A stretch of DNA of 64,000 nt from a virus. A model generated the notes under the pieces. The model made no database searches. It was not told the DNA's origin and saw only the letters and a list, made by a program, of their open reading frames with translations. This document shows positions 28,690 to 38,319 of the stretch, one piece after another. The translations under genes and the position numbers were made by a program. The stretch lies in the IMG/VR virus record IMGVR_UViG_3300034102_002416; one strand, written 5' to 3'. How positions within the stretch are numbered: the stretch's first letter is position 1; each line of letters begins with the position of its first letter.

Positions 28690-30008
28690 AACGAGATTGT
28701 TTTCATTTTACTATAAATATTAGCAACTTTCACTTTTACTGGAAAATTACCTTGTTCCAATGCCTGTTTTATCTGTGGTATGAGTTGTTGAGCTTCTTCA
28801 AATTTACTGTCTATCAAAATACTATCATACGTGTACAATATGAGTTTAGTTTCATAGTCGTGTAATATTTGTTGAACTGTTTGTAATTTTTGCACAGATA
28901 CCTCCGTTTCCATTGCTTGTAAATAATAGTTAAACACTTTGTTTGCGGTTGGATTTGAAATCATATCATGTGTAATTTGTCGTTTTAAAATCGGTGTTTC
29001 TATTCGCTTTTTTGTTTTCCAAGTATTCCATAATGAATAAATAAAATCATTTACCTTAGCAAAAAATGGAACGGATAAAAATTCTCGATCGATTCCACCA
29101 TATAACAAACGAAATGTTATTTGTTTGCTTTGTTCGTATTGTTCTTCTGTTAATTGTTCAGTGTCAAAATAGAACCGGCCAAAATATTCATGCACAGATC
29201 CAGCCGGTAACTCATATCCAATTATCCTAGCAATCAATCTAACATGATATGCATCAAAGTCCATTTCCACTAATGCTCCATTATCAAATCTGCTACAAAA
29301 TGCTGCACGTGTACCATCTTCTTTGTTCATTGCAGCAAAATTGAATCCTCGAGCTGCATTACTAGGTCGACCCGTAACCGTGTGATAGTTATAACTTGAA
29401 TACACTCGACCAGCATTAACTAAATCTGGCATACGGAATGTTTCATTAACAGCTAATCCCGTGCTTTCAATTTCAGCAAAAACTTTAGGATATATTTCAT
29501 TGAACCGTAAATATGAAGTTGACAGTTCGGCATTCATACACATCGGCCAAGCATATTTTCTAATTTTCTGACACATAGCTAAATGTTGTTGTAATGGCAC
29601 AATTGCATTAACATGTGCTAATGTTTGATGACGTCGCCAATAAAATGAATGAGCCGTTGTTGGATAATGTGATTCATCATATGCTTCATTGTATGTATAC
29701 CACCATAACGTCTTTATATCCAATACGGCATCATTTCCTCCGATTTGAAGCCAGGTTTTCTTGTCATGGACAAATATATTGCGTAATGCTAAAAAGTCTG
29801 GCAATCGTTTTGAAAACCCGGTTATCTGTTCTGTATGCCGGATTGGTATTAATCTTTCTACATCATCTTCAGTATAAATATAAATTGCAATAACTGGATT
29901 AATAACAGGATGTAATACTGGACTTGATAGTATTGGTATTAACAGAGTTCGCTTCTGTGCACAGTATTGCAATATTGCATCAATTTCATCTGCATGATCC
30001 GTTATCAT
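28686..30008 (-). CDS. compact family A DNA polymerase-like protein
   Basis: TVTGRPSN; motif A DFDAYHVRL; motif B SKQITFRLLYGG; motif C YTYDS. Confidence 0.8.
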   Translation of the reverse strand: MITDHADEIDAILQYCAQKRTLLIPILSSPVLHPVINPVIAIYIYTEDDVERLIPIRHTEQITGFSKRLPDFLALRNIFVHDKKTWLQIGGNDAVLDIKTLWWYTYNEAYDESHYPTTAHSFYWRRHQTLAHVNAIVPLQQHLAMCQKIRKYAWPMCMNAELSTSYLRFNEIYPKVFAEIESTGLAVNETFRMPDLVNAGRVYSSYNYHTVTGRPSNAARGFNFAAMNKEDGTRAAFCSRFDNGALVEMDFDAYHVRLIARIIGYELPAGSVHEYFGRFYFDTEQLTEEQYEQSKQITFRLLYGGIDREFLSVPFFAKVNDFIYSLWNTWKTKKRIETPILKRQITHDMISNPTANKVFNYYLQAMETEVSVQKLQTVQQILHDYETKLILYTYDSILIDSKFEEAQQLIPQIKQALEQGNFPVKVKVANIYSKMKTISL

Positions 30009-30045
30009 ACATTAAATATAAGAAAAATATTTCAATAAAACAATG

Positions 30046-30654
30046 TTATTGATTAATATCTGCAGGTACCACGTAATCCGAGTCAGAATAATATTGTAAT
30101 AAATCAGTAAAGAATGTAAATATATCAGGAATCGATTCTTGTAACTTGGTTAGTGTTTCTAAGTTTTTAGTGTATACACCTGGTTTTAATACGCCACCTT
30201 CATATACATCGGTAGTTGGTCCGGAGATATACCATTTAAACTGAAATGCTTGGTATAAATTATTATCTATTTGCCGAGCAATCCATTTTGTATATTGACC
30301 TGAATCGATTTCGGTTATTAAATTTTTATTTAACTGATATAAAATATATCTAGTAATGAATCCAGCTGTACGATCTGCTTCTGTGATTGTTGGTATACTA
30401 GTTACCGGCGGATCAAATTTTGTTTGTACAGTTTTTATTCTTTTGTACTGTTTCGTTAACTCGGATTCAAATACTATAGCAAATAATTTGATTGATGTTT
30501 GTGGATTCCATGTTGCACCAGAAAATACTTCACCGGTAGTGTATGTATGATATGGACCTATATATTCTTTCTGAGCTGAATTCATTAACTCAGATCCAGT
30601 AGTATATAGATTTTTAGTAATCTGACTTGGGGTGTAATGTAAACGTTGTCTCAT
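30046..30654 (-). CDS. hypothetical protein (baseplate operon)
   Basis: Coupled to the upstream baseplate gene. Confidence 0.6.
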   Translation of the reverse strand: MRQRLHYTPSQITKNLYTTGSELMNSAQKEYIGPYHTYTTGEVFSGATWNPQTSIKLFAIVFESELTKQYKRIKTVQTKFDPPVTSIPTITEADRTAGFITRYILYQLNKNLITEIDSGQYTKWIARQIDNNLYQAFQFKWYISGPTTDVYEGGVLKPGVYTKNLETLTKLQESIPDIFTFFTDLLQYYSDSDYVVPADINQ

Positions 30655-32720
30655 TCTAATATCCGAACTCTAGGTACACATCTAATTTTAGTAGTCCAAT
30701 CGCCAGTGTTTGAAACTTCATGTGTAACTGCCATTATAGTAAATACAAATGCATCTGTATATCTTCTCGGTAACCCAGCAAATGTTAAAACATCTCCATA
30801 TTTAAATCCATTAATACCATCAATTGTAAACTCTAATTCCATTGGAAACACAGTTTTATTACGTTGTATCGATTTTTTAATATCAGGCGTAAAATATGAT
30901 ATATATTGTTCTAAAACTTTAGCAAATGTTTTTTTAAGTACCGGGTCATCTGGTCTTTTTGAAAAAGTATTTTTAACAGTAGCCAAATCTTTGAGTGATT
31001 GTTCGTGATTAGCTCGCCACTCTTTTTCTAATTCAATTCTTTGCGCTTCAGTTCCATATATATATCCGTTATATGCAACTTGTTTCTGTGTACCGGTTGC
31101 CCCAGATGTAATACCAAAAATCATATTTTTAATTGAATTCGGTACATTTGATGTTAGTGAAAAATCACGAACTACTGATTGGCCAGTTTTTGATGTAAAT
31201 ATTGGAATTTCAAATTCTGTTACAACTCTGTCTGAATCAACATAATTTACATCAGTATATAATAAAGCATCTGGAATTATAGGATCTTGCACTAACACCA
31301 TACGTATAGCATTGCCAGTAGAAGTATATATTATATTACTTAATTTATTTAAAAAATGTCTAATAGATAAATCTGGTTTTTCTTGTGCGGACATTTCATT
31401 AATAATGTTTTGTATAACATCAATGTTTATGTATATTCGAGATGGATATGATACCCCAGCTGACCCTGCTATTACAGAAAATCCTTCTGATTGTGGGTTA
31501 ACGTTTGGAAACATTTTTAATGGGGAATCGGGTGGCCCAGCTGGGGTAACTTCAGGAACATCAGCCGTAGTTCCGAATATCACAGCTTCGCCTAATGGAG
31601 GTTGTGTAGTTATATCATAATTATATACATCAGTCTTAATACCGTTGGTGCCAGACCATAACAATATATTTTCTGGATCTGCTGATACTATTTTTTCATA
31701 AAAATTACTTAAACATACCGAATCATTACATACTATTCGCGATCCGACACGTTCTAATGCAAATGTATTAATATAGTTAATTAAATATCCTAAAGTTATT
31801 AAACGATGTTGATGTGGCGAATTAGTATTTCCTATTTTATATGGCACTCCAACTAATAAACCTTGATCTTTAGTTCCGGATGTTATTTGCTCAAATTCTA
31901 TATTCTCTTTGCCAGTTTCTTTGTATGCTTGAATAATATCATCAATTTGTCTCGATAATCCGGCGTACAAATCGCTAACTTGATTTTCAACATCTTTACC
32001 ACCAGATCCGCTATTTTTAGTTTTTACTGAATTCTTTATATAAAGCTGAACCTCTGCATATGTGTTACTAGTACCTATAGCTTCGATTTGCAATTCAACC
32101 GTACCAGCTGGTGTGTATGAAAATGTAAAATTTGATATACGTCCTTGAAAATAAAATTCATTCATGTTTTTTAGACGTTCTAAATCTACATTTGGATATA
32201 ACTTTGTCAAAGTTTGTGTGCTAGGCAATTCTAAATCAGATAATTTTGTATTTGTAATAACAGCTGTCTCTGGATGTGCAATTACTAATTGAATGTACCG
32301 ACCCGGTGCACAATATATACGTTCAATTTCATTTAAATCAGTTGTTGGATCCGGAATACTAATATCAATCGTAGTCTTATTCATATAGAATTTAGATTGA
32401 TCATAAAAACCAGTATTTACATTTGTTATAAATGGAGGTATACGGTGCGCCGGTCTAATTCTATCATTTAAAAATCCTTCCGGACCTGATGGCATGTATG
32501 CTTTAGATACCACTGAAGCTCCACCTAAAATACCATAACCATCAAATGGTTTAGAATCTTTTTGTGGTCGGGATTCATATGCAGTTAATTCAACATTTGC
32601 AATTTTTTCCAACATAAATTGCATAGCAGCAGTAGTTCGATCTATAGAACCAGCTCGGCCTCGAGCATTTAATTCAGCTCTTAAATTAGGATTAACTTGT
32701 GAATAAAATATAGCACTCAT
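30651..32720 (-). CDS. putative baseplate hub protein
   Basis: Position after the gp53/LysM-like gene; C-terminal FTIDGINGFKYGD...VTHEVS..DWTTKI hub-like strands. Confidence 0.5.
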   Translation of the reverse strand: MSAIFYSQVNPNLRAELNARGRAGSIDRTTAAMQFMLEKIANVELTAYESRPQKDSKPFDGYGILGGASVVSKAYMPSGPEGFLNDRIRPAHRIPPFITNVNTGFYDQSKFYMNKTTIDISIPDPTTDLNEIERIYCAPGRYIQLVIAHPETAVITNTKLSDLELPSTQTLTKLYPNVDLERLKNMNEFYFQGRISNFTFSYTPAGTVELQIEAIGTSNTYAEVQLYIKNSVKTKNSGSGGKDVENQVSDLYAGLSRQIDDIIQAYKETGKENIEFEQITSGTKDQGLLVGVPYKIGNTNSPHQHRLITLGYLINYINTFALERVGSRIVCNDSVCLSNFYEKIVSADPENILLWSGTNGIKTDVYNYDITTQPPLGEAVIFGTTADVPEVTPAGPPDSPLKMFPNVNPQSEGFSVIAGSAGVSYPSRIYINIDVIQNIINEMSAQEKPDLSIRHFLNKLSNIIYTSTGNAIRMVLVQDPIIPDALLYTDVNYVDSDRVVTEFEIPIFTSKTGQSVVRDFSLTSNVPNSIKNMIFGITSGATGTQKQVAYNGYIYGTEAQRIELEKEWRANHEQSLKDLATVKNTFSKRPDDPVLKKTFAKVLEQYISYFTPDIKKSIQRNKTVFPMELEFTIDGINGFKYGDVLTFAGLPRRYTDAFVFTIMAVTHEVSNTGDWTTKIRCVPRVRILE

Positions 32721-33019
32721 CTAGTTGTATTTACTGTTTGTATTTGTTGTTGTATACCAGTGATATCTGGAATACGTAATCGTGTATTAGGAGGGGCAAT
32801 CAATGATCCTTTACCTAAACCATTTGCAGATGCAATAACATACCATAAAGTAGCATCATTGTAGAATCTATATGCTAATAAATCTAAGCGTTCTAACGAT
32901 GTAACTTGAATATACACATCATTATTAGATATAGCTGGTACCGGAATAATCATTGTATCTTTTCTCCGGCGACCATTTGAGTCCTTTATCGTTTTAGTAT
33001 TTGAGTATCGATTTGCCAT
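32717..33019 (-). CDS. LysM/gp53-like baseplate wedge protein
   Basis: ERLDLLAYRFYNDATLWYVIASAN...LRIP. Confidence 0.75.
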   Translation of the reverse strand: MANRYSNTKTIKDSNGRRRKDTMIIPVPAISNNDVYIQVTSLERLDLLAYRFYNDATLWYVIASANGLGKGSLIAPPNTRLRIPDITGIQQQIQTVNTTR

Positions 33020-33056
33020 ATTATAATCCTCTGTTTAATATATATTTTTATAAACA

Positions 33057-34934
33057 TTATCCACCAACGCCAGGTTGGTTTTCTGTTGTTATACTAGCAC
33101 GATTAGCAGCTCGATTTTCAGCTATTTTTTTAGCTTTCTCATCAGTTTGGTTTGTACCAAAATCACTTAACCAATTATCGCCACCTTCTTTTGGAATTCC
33201 TAGATCATTATATTGTTTAGCCAATGAATACATACGTCCGCCTTTTTCAGGAAGATAATCAGATATAACATGTAATCCTAGTTGAACTGAAACTTTATGT
33301 GGTACTTGCATCATTGTGCTATCTTGTTCTATGTTAATTTCCCAGGTAGTATCAGAATCCATAAATGTATATTGTAATGATGTAATTACTACCGGCTGTT
33401 GGACTAATAAATCACCAATTGTCATTCGTAGCCATGGACCTTTCATTGCTATTGTATCACTCGAATAATCAGGAGTAGTATATGCTGCTAATGCATTAAT
33501 CTTACGATACATCGGTTTCATTTCATCACGGGATGTAGCAAACATTGTGAATGATAAACTAACATCGCGAGAATATCCGGTATAAATGTAATTAGGGTCA
33601 GCACGACCAACCATTTGAACTGCATCCCAGGATGGCGAATGACTATCAGAAAATGAATCTATTGTAGCTCGAAATACCATGATATCATCAACAGCATCTT
33701 CTGCTCCATTGTGTAATTTAGGACCAGTAAAATAAAATTTTATAAAATCTTGTGTTAAATCGGTAGCATTTAATATATTTGAAATAGCATTCCACGTATC
33801 ACTTCCATTAAATAGTTTAGGTTTCCACTGATATACTTGTGATAATTTTCGTTGACTGAAATCAATAACATTAATTTTATCACCTCTAAATTCAGTAGAT
33901 AACTCTATAGGATTAAATGTAGGGATCCATTTACCTTTTGTACTTAATTTACCATCAGGTCCTATAGATGGTATAGGTGACCAATTTGTAGCAACTTGAG
34001 TTCTTGCTGTGAAATCTCGTCGTTGAGCATTAGTATCACCGTGATTACCAAATCCATATACTGACTCTAAATTGAATAATGTATATGCACCCCCTGGAGC
34101 TGCAGATGTTGCAGCAAATAATCCACTAATTGCAGAAGATTTAATATTTCCGCTAAATAAATTTCTAGCAGCTGCAGCAGCACCATCTATTCTAACATCA
34201 TCTACGCTAAATACATATCCTTTAAACGTTCGAAAGTCTTTATATTTAGTTAATGACCATTCTTCTATTTCTTTTTTACGCGTGAATGGCATAATAGAAT
34301 ATGGTGTTCCTAAGTTTTCACTGCGAGTATCATCATCTAAACTTAATTTAAATATTGTAGAAATTGCAGTACTGGATAATTGATGAGTCATTGGAGTACC
34401 AAGACCAGCTGTAATTCCGACTAATGCATTTCTAATTGCATTTTTAAATATGGATCCCGGTGGTGTATTACCAATATTTTGCACAATATCAGCTCGTGTA
34501 CGATATGTAAATCCGCTTGGATTAGATAGAGTTGAATTGTCGCCATTTGCAGACGGACCTAACACAATTTCTGGTGTATTAAATGGTACTGCGTATGAAT
34601 ATTGTGATAATGATAATAAAATTCCGCCTGGAGTTGGATATTGTTTCGATACTGGACGAAATGAACTGTCAATAGTTGTTAAATAAATAGCACCTTCATA
34701 TTCAGATACCGTACCAATTGGAAATTGTGTATCAGAATATTTTTCTCGTCGGATTCCTATAGGAAATGGTGGAGGAGGAAATTCTGTGTCTGAATATTTC
34801 GATGGCTCTGCTGTATTTGGAAATGGCGGTGGCGGAAATTGTGTATCAGAATATTTTGATTGCCCTGCTGCCGGCGTAAATGGCGGAGGAGGAAAATTCG
34901 TACTGGAATATGGATTTTGATATGTATTTGACAT
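33057..34934 (-). CDS. putative baseplate tube-initiator protein with Pro-rich N-terminal repeats
   Basis: C-terminal VGRADPNYIYTGYSRDVSLSF...LRMTIGD domain; located after the tape measure gene. Confidence 0.55.
   Translation of the reverse strand: MSNTYQNPYSSTNFPPPPFTPAAGQSKYSDTQFPPPPFPNTAEPSKYSDTEFPPPPFPIGIRREKYSDTQFPIGTVSEYEGAIYLTTIDSSFRPVSKQYPTPGGILLSLSQYSYAVPFNTPEIVLGPSANGDNSTLSNPSGFTYRTRADIVQNIGNTPPGSIFKNAIRNALVGITAGLGTPMTHQLSSTAISTIFKLSLDDDTRSENLGTPYSIMPFTRKKEIEEWSLTKYKDFRTFKGYVFSVDDVRIDGAAAAARNLFSGNIKSSAISGLFAATSAAPGGAYTLFNLESVYGFGNHGDTNAQRRDFTARTQVATNWSPIPSIGPDGKLSTKGKWIPTFNPIELSTEFRGDKINVIDFSQRKLSQVYQWKPKLFNGSDTWNAISNILNATDLTQDFIKFYFTGPKLHNGAEDAVDDIMVFRATIDSFSDSHSPSWDAVQMVGRADPNYIYTGYSRDVSLSFTMFATSRDEMKPMYRKINALAAYTTPDYSSDTIAMKGPWLRMTIGDLLVQQPVVITSLQYTFMDSDTTWEINIEQDSTMMQVPHKVSVQLGLHVISDYLPEKGGRMYSLAKQYNDLGIPKEGGDNWLSDFGTNQTDEKAKKIAENRAANRASITTENQPGVGG
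34719..34910 (-). repeat. four YS(D/S)T(Q/E/N)FP(PPPF) coding repeats
   Basis: Visible in both the translation and the DNA. Confidence 0.85.
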
Positions 34935-34944
34935 TTTATTAATC

Positions 34945-36618
34945 CTATATTATATTCGTGTTATTCATTACTGAATTATCTAATATTTGTAATGAAGATC
35001 GAATTTTTTGACCATCAAATACATTGGTTACATGAAAACTCATTCCTTTTAATGCTGCAGCTACAGCAGATCCAACAGATTCTCCAGAACCATTTCCTCG
35101 CGATCCGACTGCGTCCCGAATACCTGGCATAGCTAATACATCATCTCGGCTATCTAATGCAAATGATCCAAATGGCCCTGACACGACAGTACCCGCGGAT
35201 GCTGGTATAAATACATCTTGTTTAGGGGTAGTATTTAATGGCAATGTGTCCCGATCTTGCCTGGTTGTTATTCCTTTTATATTTAATAAATCTACAACGA
35301 TACTACCAACATTCATTAACCCTATAGCAGTGCCGATTATTCCAGATCCTTTATTAATTGCCTGATTTGCTAGTTTACCAGCACCAGCATAAGTAGCGTC
35401 AGATGCAGCTTGGAATCCTGTATTTAGTTTTTTAACTTCTTCAGAATAATCTCCAAGTGCATCTATTTGTGCCTTAACGTTTCGATCTAGTTGTTGCACT
35501 TGCTGTGAACGTTCATCGCCTAATTTAATCTGCTCTTCAAAATTCTTACCATTAATTACTGTTGCATCGACTTGTGCGTTAATAAGTTTTAAACTATCTT
35601 CATGTGTTAGTTTTTGAGCTTTTAATTGTTCATACATTTTAAATGCATCATCTACCGATATACCTGCTATATCATTAAAACGTTGTTGTAGATAGACATT
35701 ATCTCGCAAGTCATCACCATATTTTTCAACCAATCCTGCATATAGTTCAACTTGACGATTTGCATCTTGCGCAAGTACAGCTTTTTGCATTTCAACTGCA
35801 AAATCTTCACCTTTTTGTGTAGTTAATTCTTCACCCGTTAATAATTGAAATTCTAGTTGACCAGCAATTGCGCTTTCTACATCTAAAAATTGTTGTGCAC
35901 CATCTGTAAGAGTTGATAATGATGTACCTAATAATTTTGTTTTAGCCAATGCTAGGCCTAGTTGGTGTGGCATTCTGCCGAATGTAACCCGTTGTTTTGC
36001 TTCTAAATCAGTAAACGAATCTAATATATCTGTCATTGCACCTTCATAGCCTAACTTTTCTAAAGATGCAGCTACATCAGCAAATTGTTCTGCTGACTGC
36101 TCGAATGTAATACCCATATTAGAATATAATACTGTTTGTGTACGAGCAAAACTTTCATTGGCTTCTGCGGTTAATCCTAATCGGTTTCGCAATGCTTCAC
36201 TTTGTTTCAATAACATTGCACCAGCACCGGTAGTATTATTATATATCTTAGTAGTGCCAACAAATAAATTTCTTAATTCAACAGCATATTGTTTATTCTT
36301 TTGTGAATTAGTTCCTAATTCGCGTGATATTTTATCAATTTTAACACCAAATTTAGCAGCGTTTTCTCCATTAATATTAAATCCTTCTGATAACTCTTGA
36401 TTTAGATCTTGAAGTATTGATAAATTTTGTACTACTCCACTAATCTGATCTGCTAGTTTACCAAATACATTTAAACGGATAATTTCATCGCCGCCGACTT
36501 TATATAAATCAAATACCTGTTTAAGACCAGCTGTTACTTGGCTTAATGGATCAACTGCCTGTCCATGCCTTGGTTGTTGTTTTAAGCGACTAATTAGTTG
36601 ATCTCGATGCAAATTCAT
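34945..36618 (-). CDS. putative tape measure protein
   Basis: Helical A/L/Q-rich 557 aa, downstream of the tube and chaperone genes. Confidence 0.6.
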   Translation of the reverse strand: MNLHRDQLISRLKQQPRHGQAVDPLSQVTAGLKQVFDLYKVGGDEIIRLNVFGKLADQISGVVQNLSILQDLNQELSEGFNINGENAAKFGVKIDKISRELGTNSQKNKQYAVELRNLFVGTTKIYNNTTGAGAMLLKQSEALRNRLGLTAEANESFARTQTVLYSNMGITFEQSAEQFADVAASLEKLGYEGAMTDILDSFTDLEAKQRVTFGRMPHQLGLALAKTKLLGTSLSTLTDGAQQFLDVESAIAGQLEFQLLTGEELTTQKGEDFAVEMQKAVLAQDANRQVELYAGLVEKYGDDLRDNVYLQQRFNDIAGISVDDAFKMYEQLKAQKLTHEDSLKLINAQVDATVINGKNFEEQIKLGDERSQQVQQLDRNVKAQIDALGDYSEEVKKLNTGFQAASDATYAGAGKLANQAINKGSGIIGTAIGLMNVGSIVVDLLNIKGITTRQDRDTLPLNTTPKQDVFIPASAGTVVSGPFGSFALDSRDDVLAMPGIRDAVGSRGNGSGESVGSAVAAALKGMSFHVTNVFDGQKIRSSLQILDNSVMNNTNII

Positions 36619-36643
36619 ATAAATCGTACTTTATTATAAATAT

Positions 36644-36880
36644 TTACAATGGAGATTTTACGATAGGTTTTTTAGAAGCAGACGCTTTGGCTTTCTTTTT
36701 CTCATGACGTTGTTTATCTTCTTCAATTATCTGATTGACTTTATTGATCCAGAATCTACGTAAATACACTGGCATACTGTATAAATCAGACCATGTCCAT
36801 CGACCTTGACCAAACCAAACTAGATTGAATAAAGATTCATGAAGTTGTACGCGGTCTTCTGGTTTAAAACCAAAAAAGGT
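36644..36880 (-). CDS. gp51-like tail/baseplate assembly chaperone C-terminal part (probably reached by frameshift)
   Basis: FFGFKPEDRVQLHESLF...WSDLYSMPVYLRRFW; overlaps the end of the upstream ORF in the +1 frame. Confidence 0.55.
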   Translation of the reverse strand, partial: TFFGFKPEDRVQLHESLFNLVWFGQGRWTWSDLYSMPVYLRRFWINKVNQIIEEDKQRHEKKKAKASASKKPIVKSPL

Positions 36881-37625
36881 CTGCTCCAATTTGAAACATT
36901 GCAGTGAAGGTGTCCCCATCTTCACCTTCGAATTCATATTCTAATACAACACTCGGTGTATTATCACTCATATAATTCCGGAATTTTTTAGATTCAGATG
37001 CTAAAAATTTATATCGAATGAAATCATCAATGTCTGTTTTTGATCGAGAATCATTAACTTGACAAATAGTATGTTCTAAAAATTTTGAAATAGATAAATC
37101 TACATTATCATTGTTTAACAAAAATTTAAATTTTAATTTAGTTCCATTTGTTAGTTCATAATCAAATTCACCATTTTCATCAGAAACTAAATTGAATTCT
37201 GAATGTTTTAATTTGTTTAAATCGACAATGCGTTGCAACGTGTTACTTGTTTTAGGATTTGTTACTTGAACTGGATAATCCTTTCCGTAACTTAATATAC
37301 GGGCTGAGATAATCAATCCATTTTTGTCTACGCGCGAAATAGTTGAATAATCTACAGGAGTTACTATCAATGATTCTAACAATTTATCTAATACAACGCC
37401 TTCTCGTATATATGATGGATTAGTTAGAATATCTTCATCATATGCTGTCATGTACCGCATTTCAATAGTACCATCACGTAATGGATGATCTTTTGGATAT
37501 ACCATTCCGTTGCTAACTAAACGAATTAATTCGCTAGGAATACTGCTTCGTTTGCTGTCTTCATACTGTTTTTTAGCAAGTTGTATTAAATCTTGATTGG
37601 TTACTCGATCTGTCATTGCACTCAT
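36864..37625 (-). CDS. gp26-like baseplate hub/tail assembly chaperone
   Basis: MRYMTAYDEDILT and ARILSYGKDY; start MSAM at 37625 with AAGGAG SD. Confidence 0.7.
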   Translation of the reverse strand: MSAMTDRVTNQDLIQLAKKQYEDSKRSSIPSELIRLVSNGMVYPKDHPLRDGTIEMRYMTAYDEDILTNPSYIREGVVLDKLLESLIVTPVDYSTISRVDKNGLIISARILSYGKDYPVQVTNPKTSNTLQRIVDLNKLKHSEFNLVSDENGEFDYELTNGTKLKFKFLLNNDNVDLSISKFLEHTICQVNDSRSKTDIDDFIRYKFLASESKKFRNYMSDNTPSVVLEYEFEGEDGDTFTAMFQIGADLFWF

Positions 37626-37664
37626 TATTCTCCTTATAACTTCTTTTAAATAAATATGTTTGAA

Positions 37665-37693
37665 CATAAAAAATGGGGACAACTGCCCCCATT
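37665..37693 (-). terminator. intrinsic terminator after tail tube
   Basis: ATGGGGGCA/TGTCCCCAT stem followed by a T-tract. Confidence 0.75.
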
Positions 37694-37712
37694 AAATAGT
37701 ATAATATCAATA

Positions 37713-38228
37713 TTAGTATTGAAGAATTGCGTAATCATATTTAAGCGTTAATTCAATCATCATCGCTTCTTCTGTTCCCCAATCCATGTTTCCAAAGTTT
37801 GCATCTGAAATAAATGCTCCTTTTAAAGTCCAGTTTTCAATTTTTTCACCTAATGCTGATAATGCATAAAATTCTAAATCGCGTTTATAATCAGTAGAAT
37901 ATCCATCTCTACCAGTTAATGATTCGTGGTGGAAACGTACCCATTCCATTACTGCCTGAGCGCCTTCTGATGTAATTGGATCATATATAGATATCGAAAC
38001 ATCACTCCAACGAGATTTTCCTTTAACTTTTCGGTCAATATTGATATGATCTAGAACAATTTCACCATTTGTTATAGTAGGGCGAGCTGCAGCTTTAACT
38101 AGATATGCCGGAATATTTGTACCTGCTAATTGCATAATAAATCTATTGGCATATTTCGGTTCCCACGAAAACGCACTATTAAATAAATCATTCTGACTAA
38201 TATCAGGTAAAGTTGGTGTTAATGCCAT
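37713..38228 (-). CDS. tail tube protein (gp19-like)
   Basis: EPKYANRF, WSDVSISIYDP, WTLKGAF and LKYDYA; follows the sheath gene. Confidence 0.85.
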   Translation of the reverse strand: MALTPTLPDISQNDLFNSAFSWEPKYANRFIMQLAGTNIPAYLVKAAARPTITNGEIVLDHINIDRKVKGKSRWSDVSISIYDPITSEGAQAVMEWVRFHHESLTGRDGYSTDYKRDLEFYALSALGEKIENWTLKGAFISDANFGNMDWGTEEAMMIELTLKYDYAILQY

Positions 38229-38265
38229 TTGGTATCCTTCATTACTTTTTTATATAAATATCAGC

Positions 38266-38300
38266 AAAGTAAAAAAGGTAGAACCGAAGTCCTACCTTTT
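38266..38300 (-). terminator. intrinsic terminator after sheath (CUUCGG loop)
   Basis: AAGGTAGGAC-TTCG-GTTCTACCTT followed by TTTTACT. Confidence 0.8.
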
Positions 38301-38319
38301 AATGATTAGATTTAAAATA

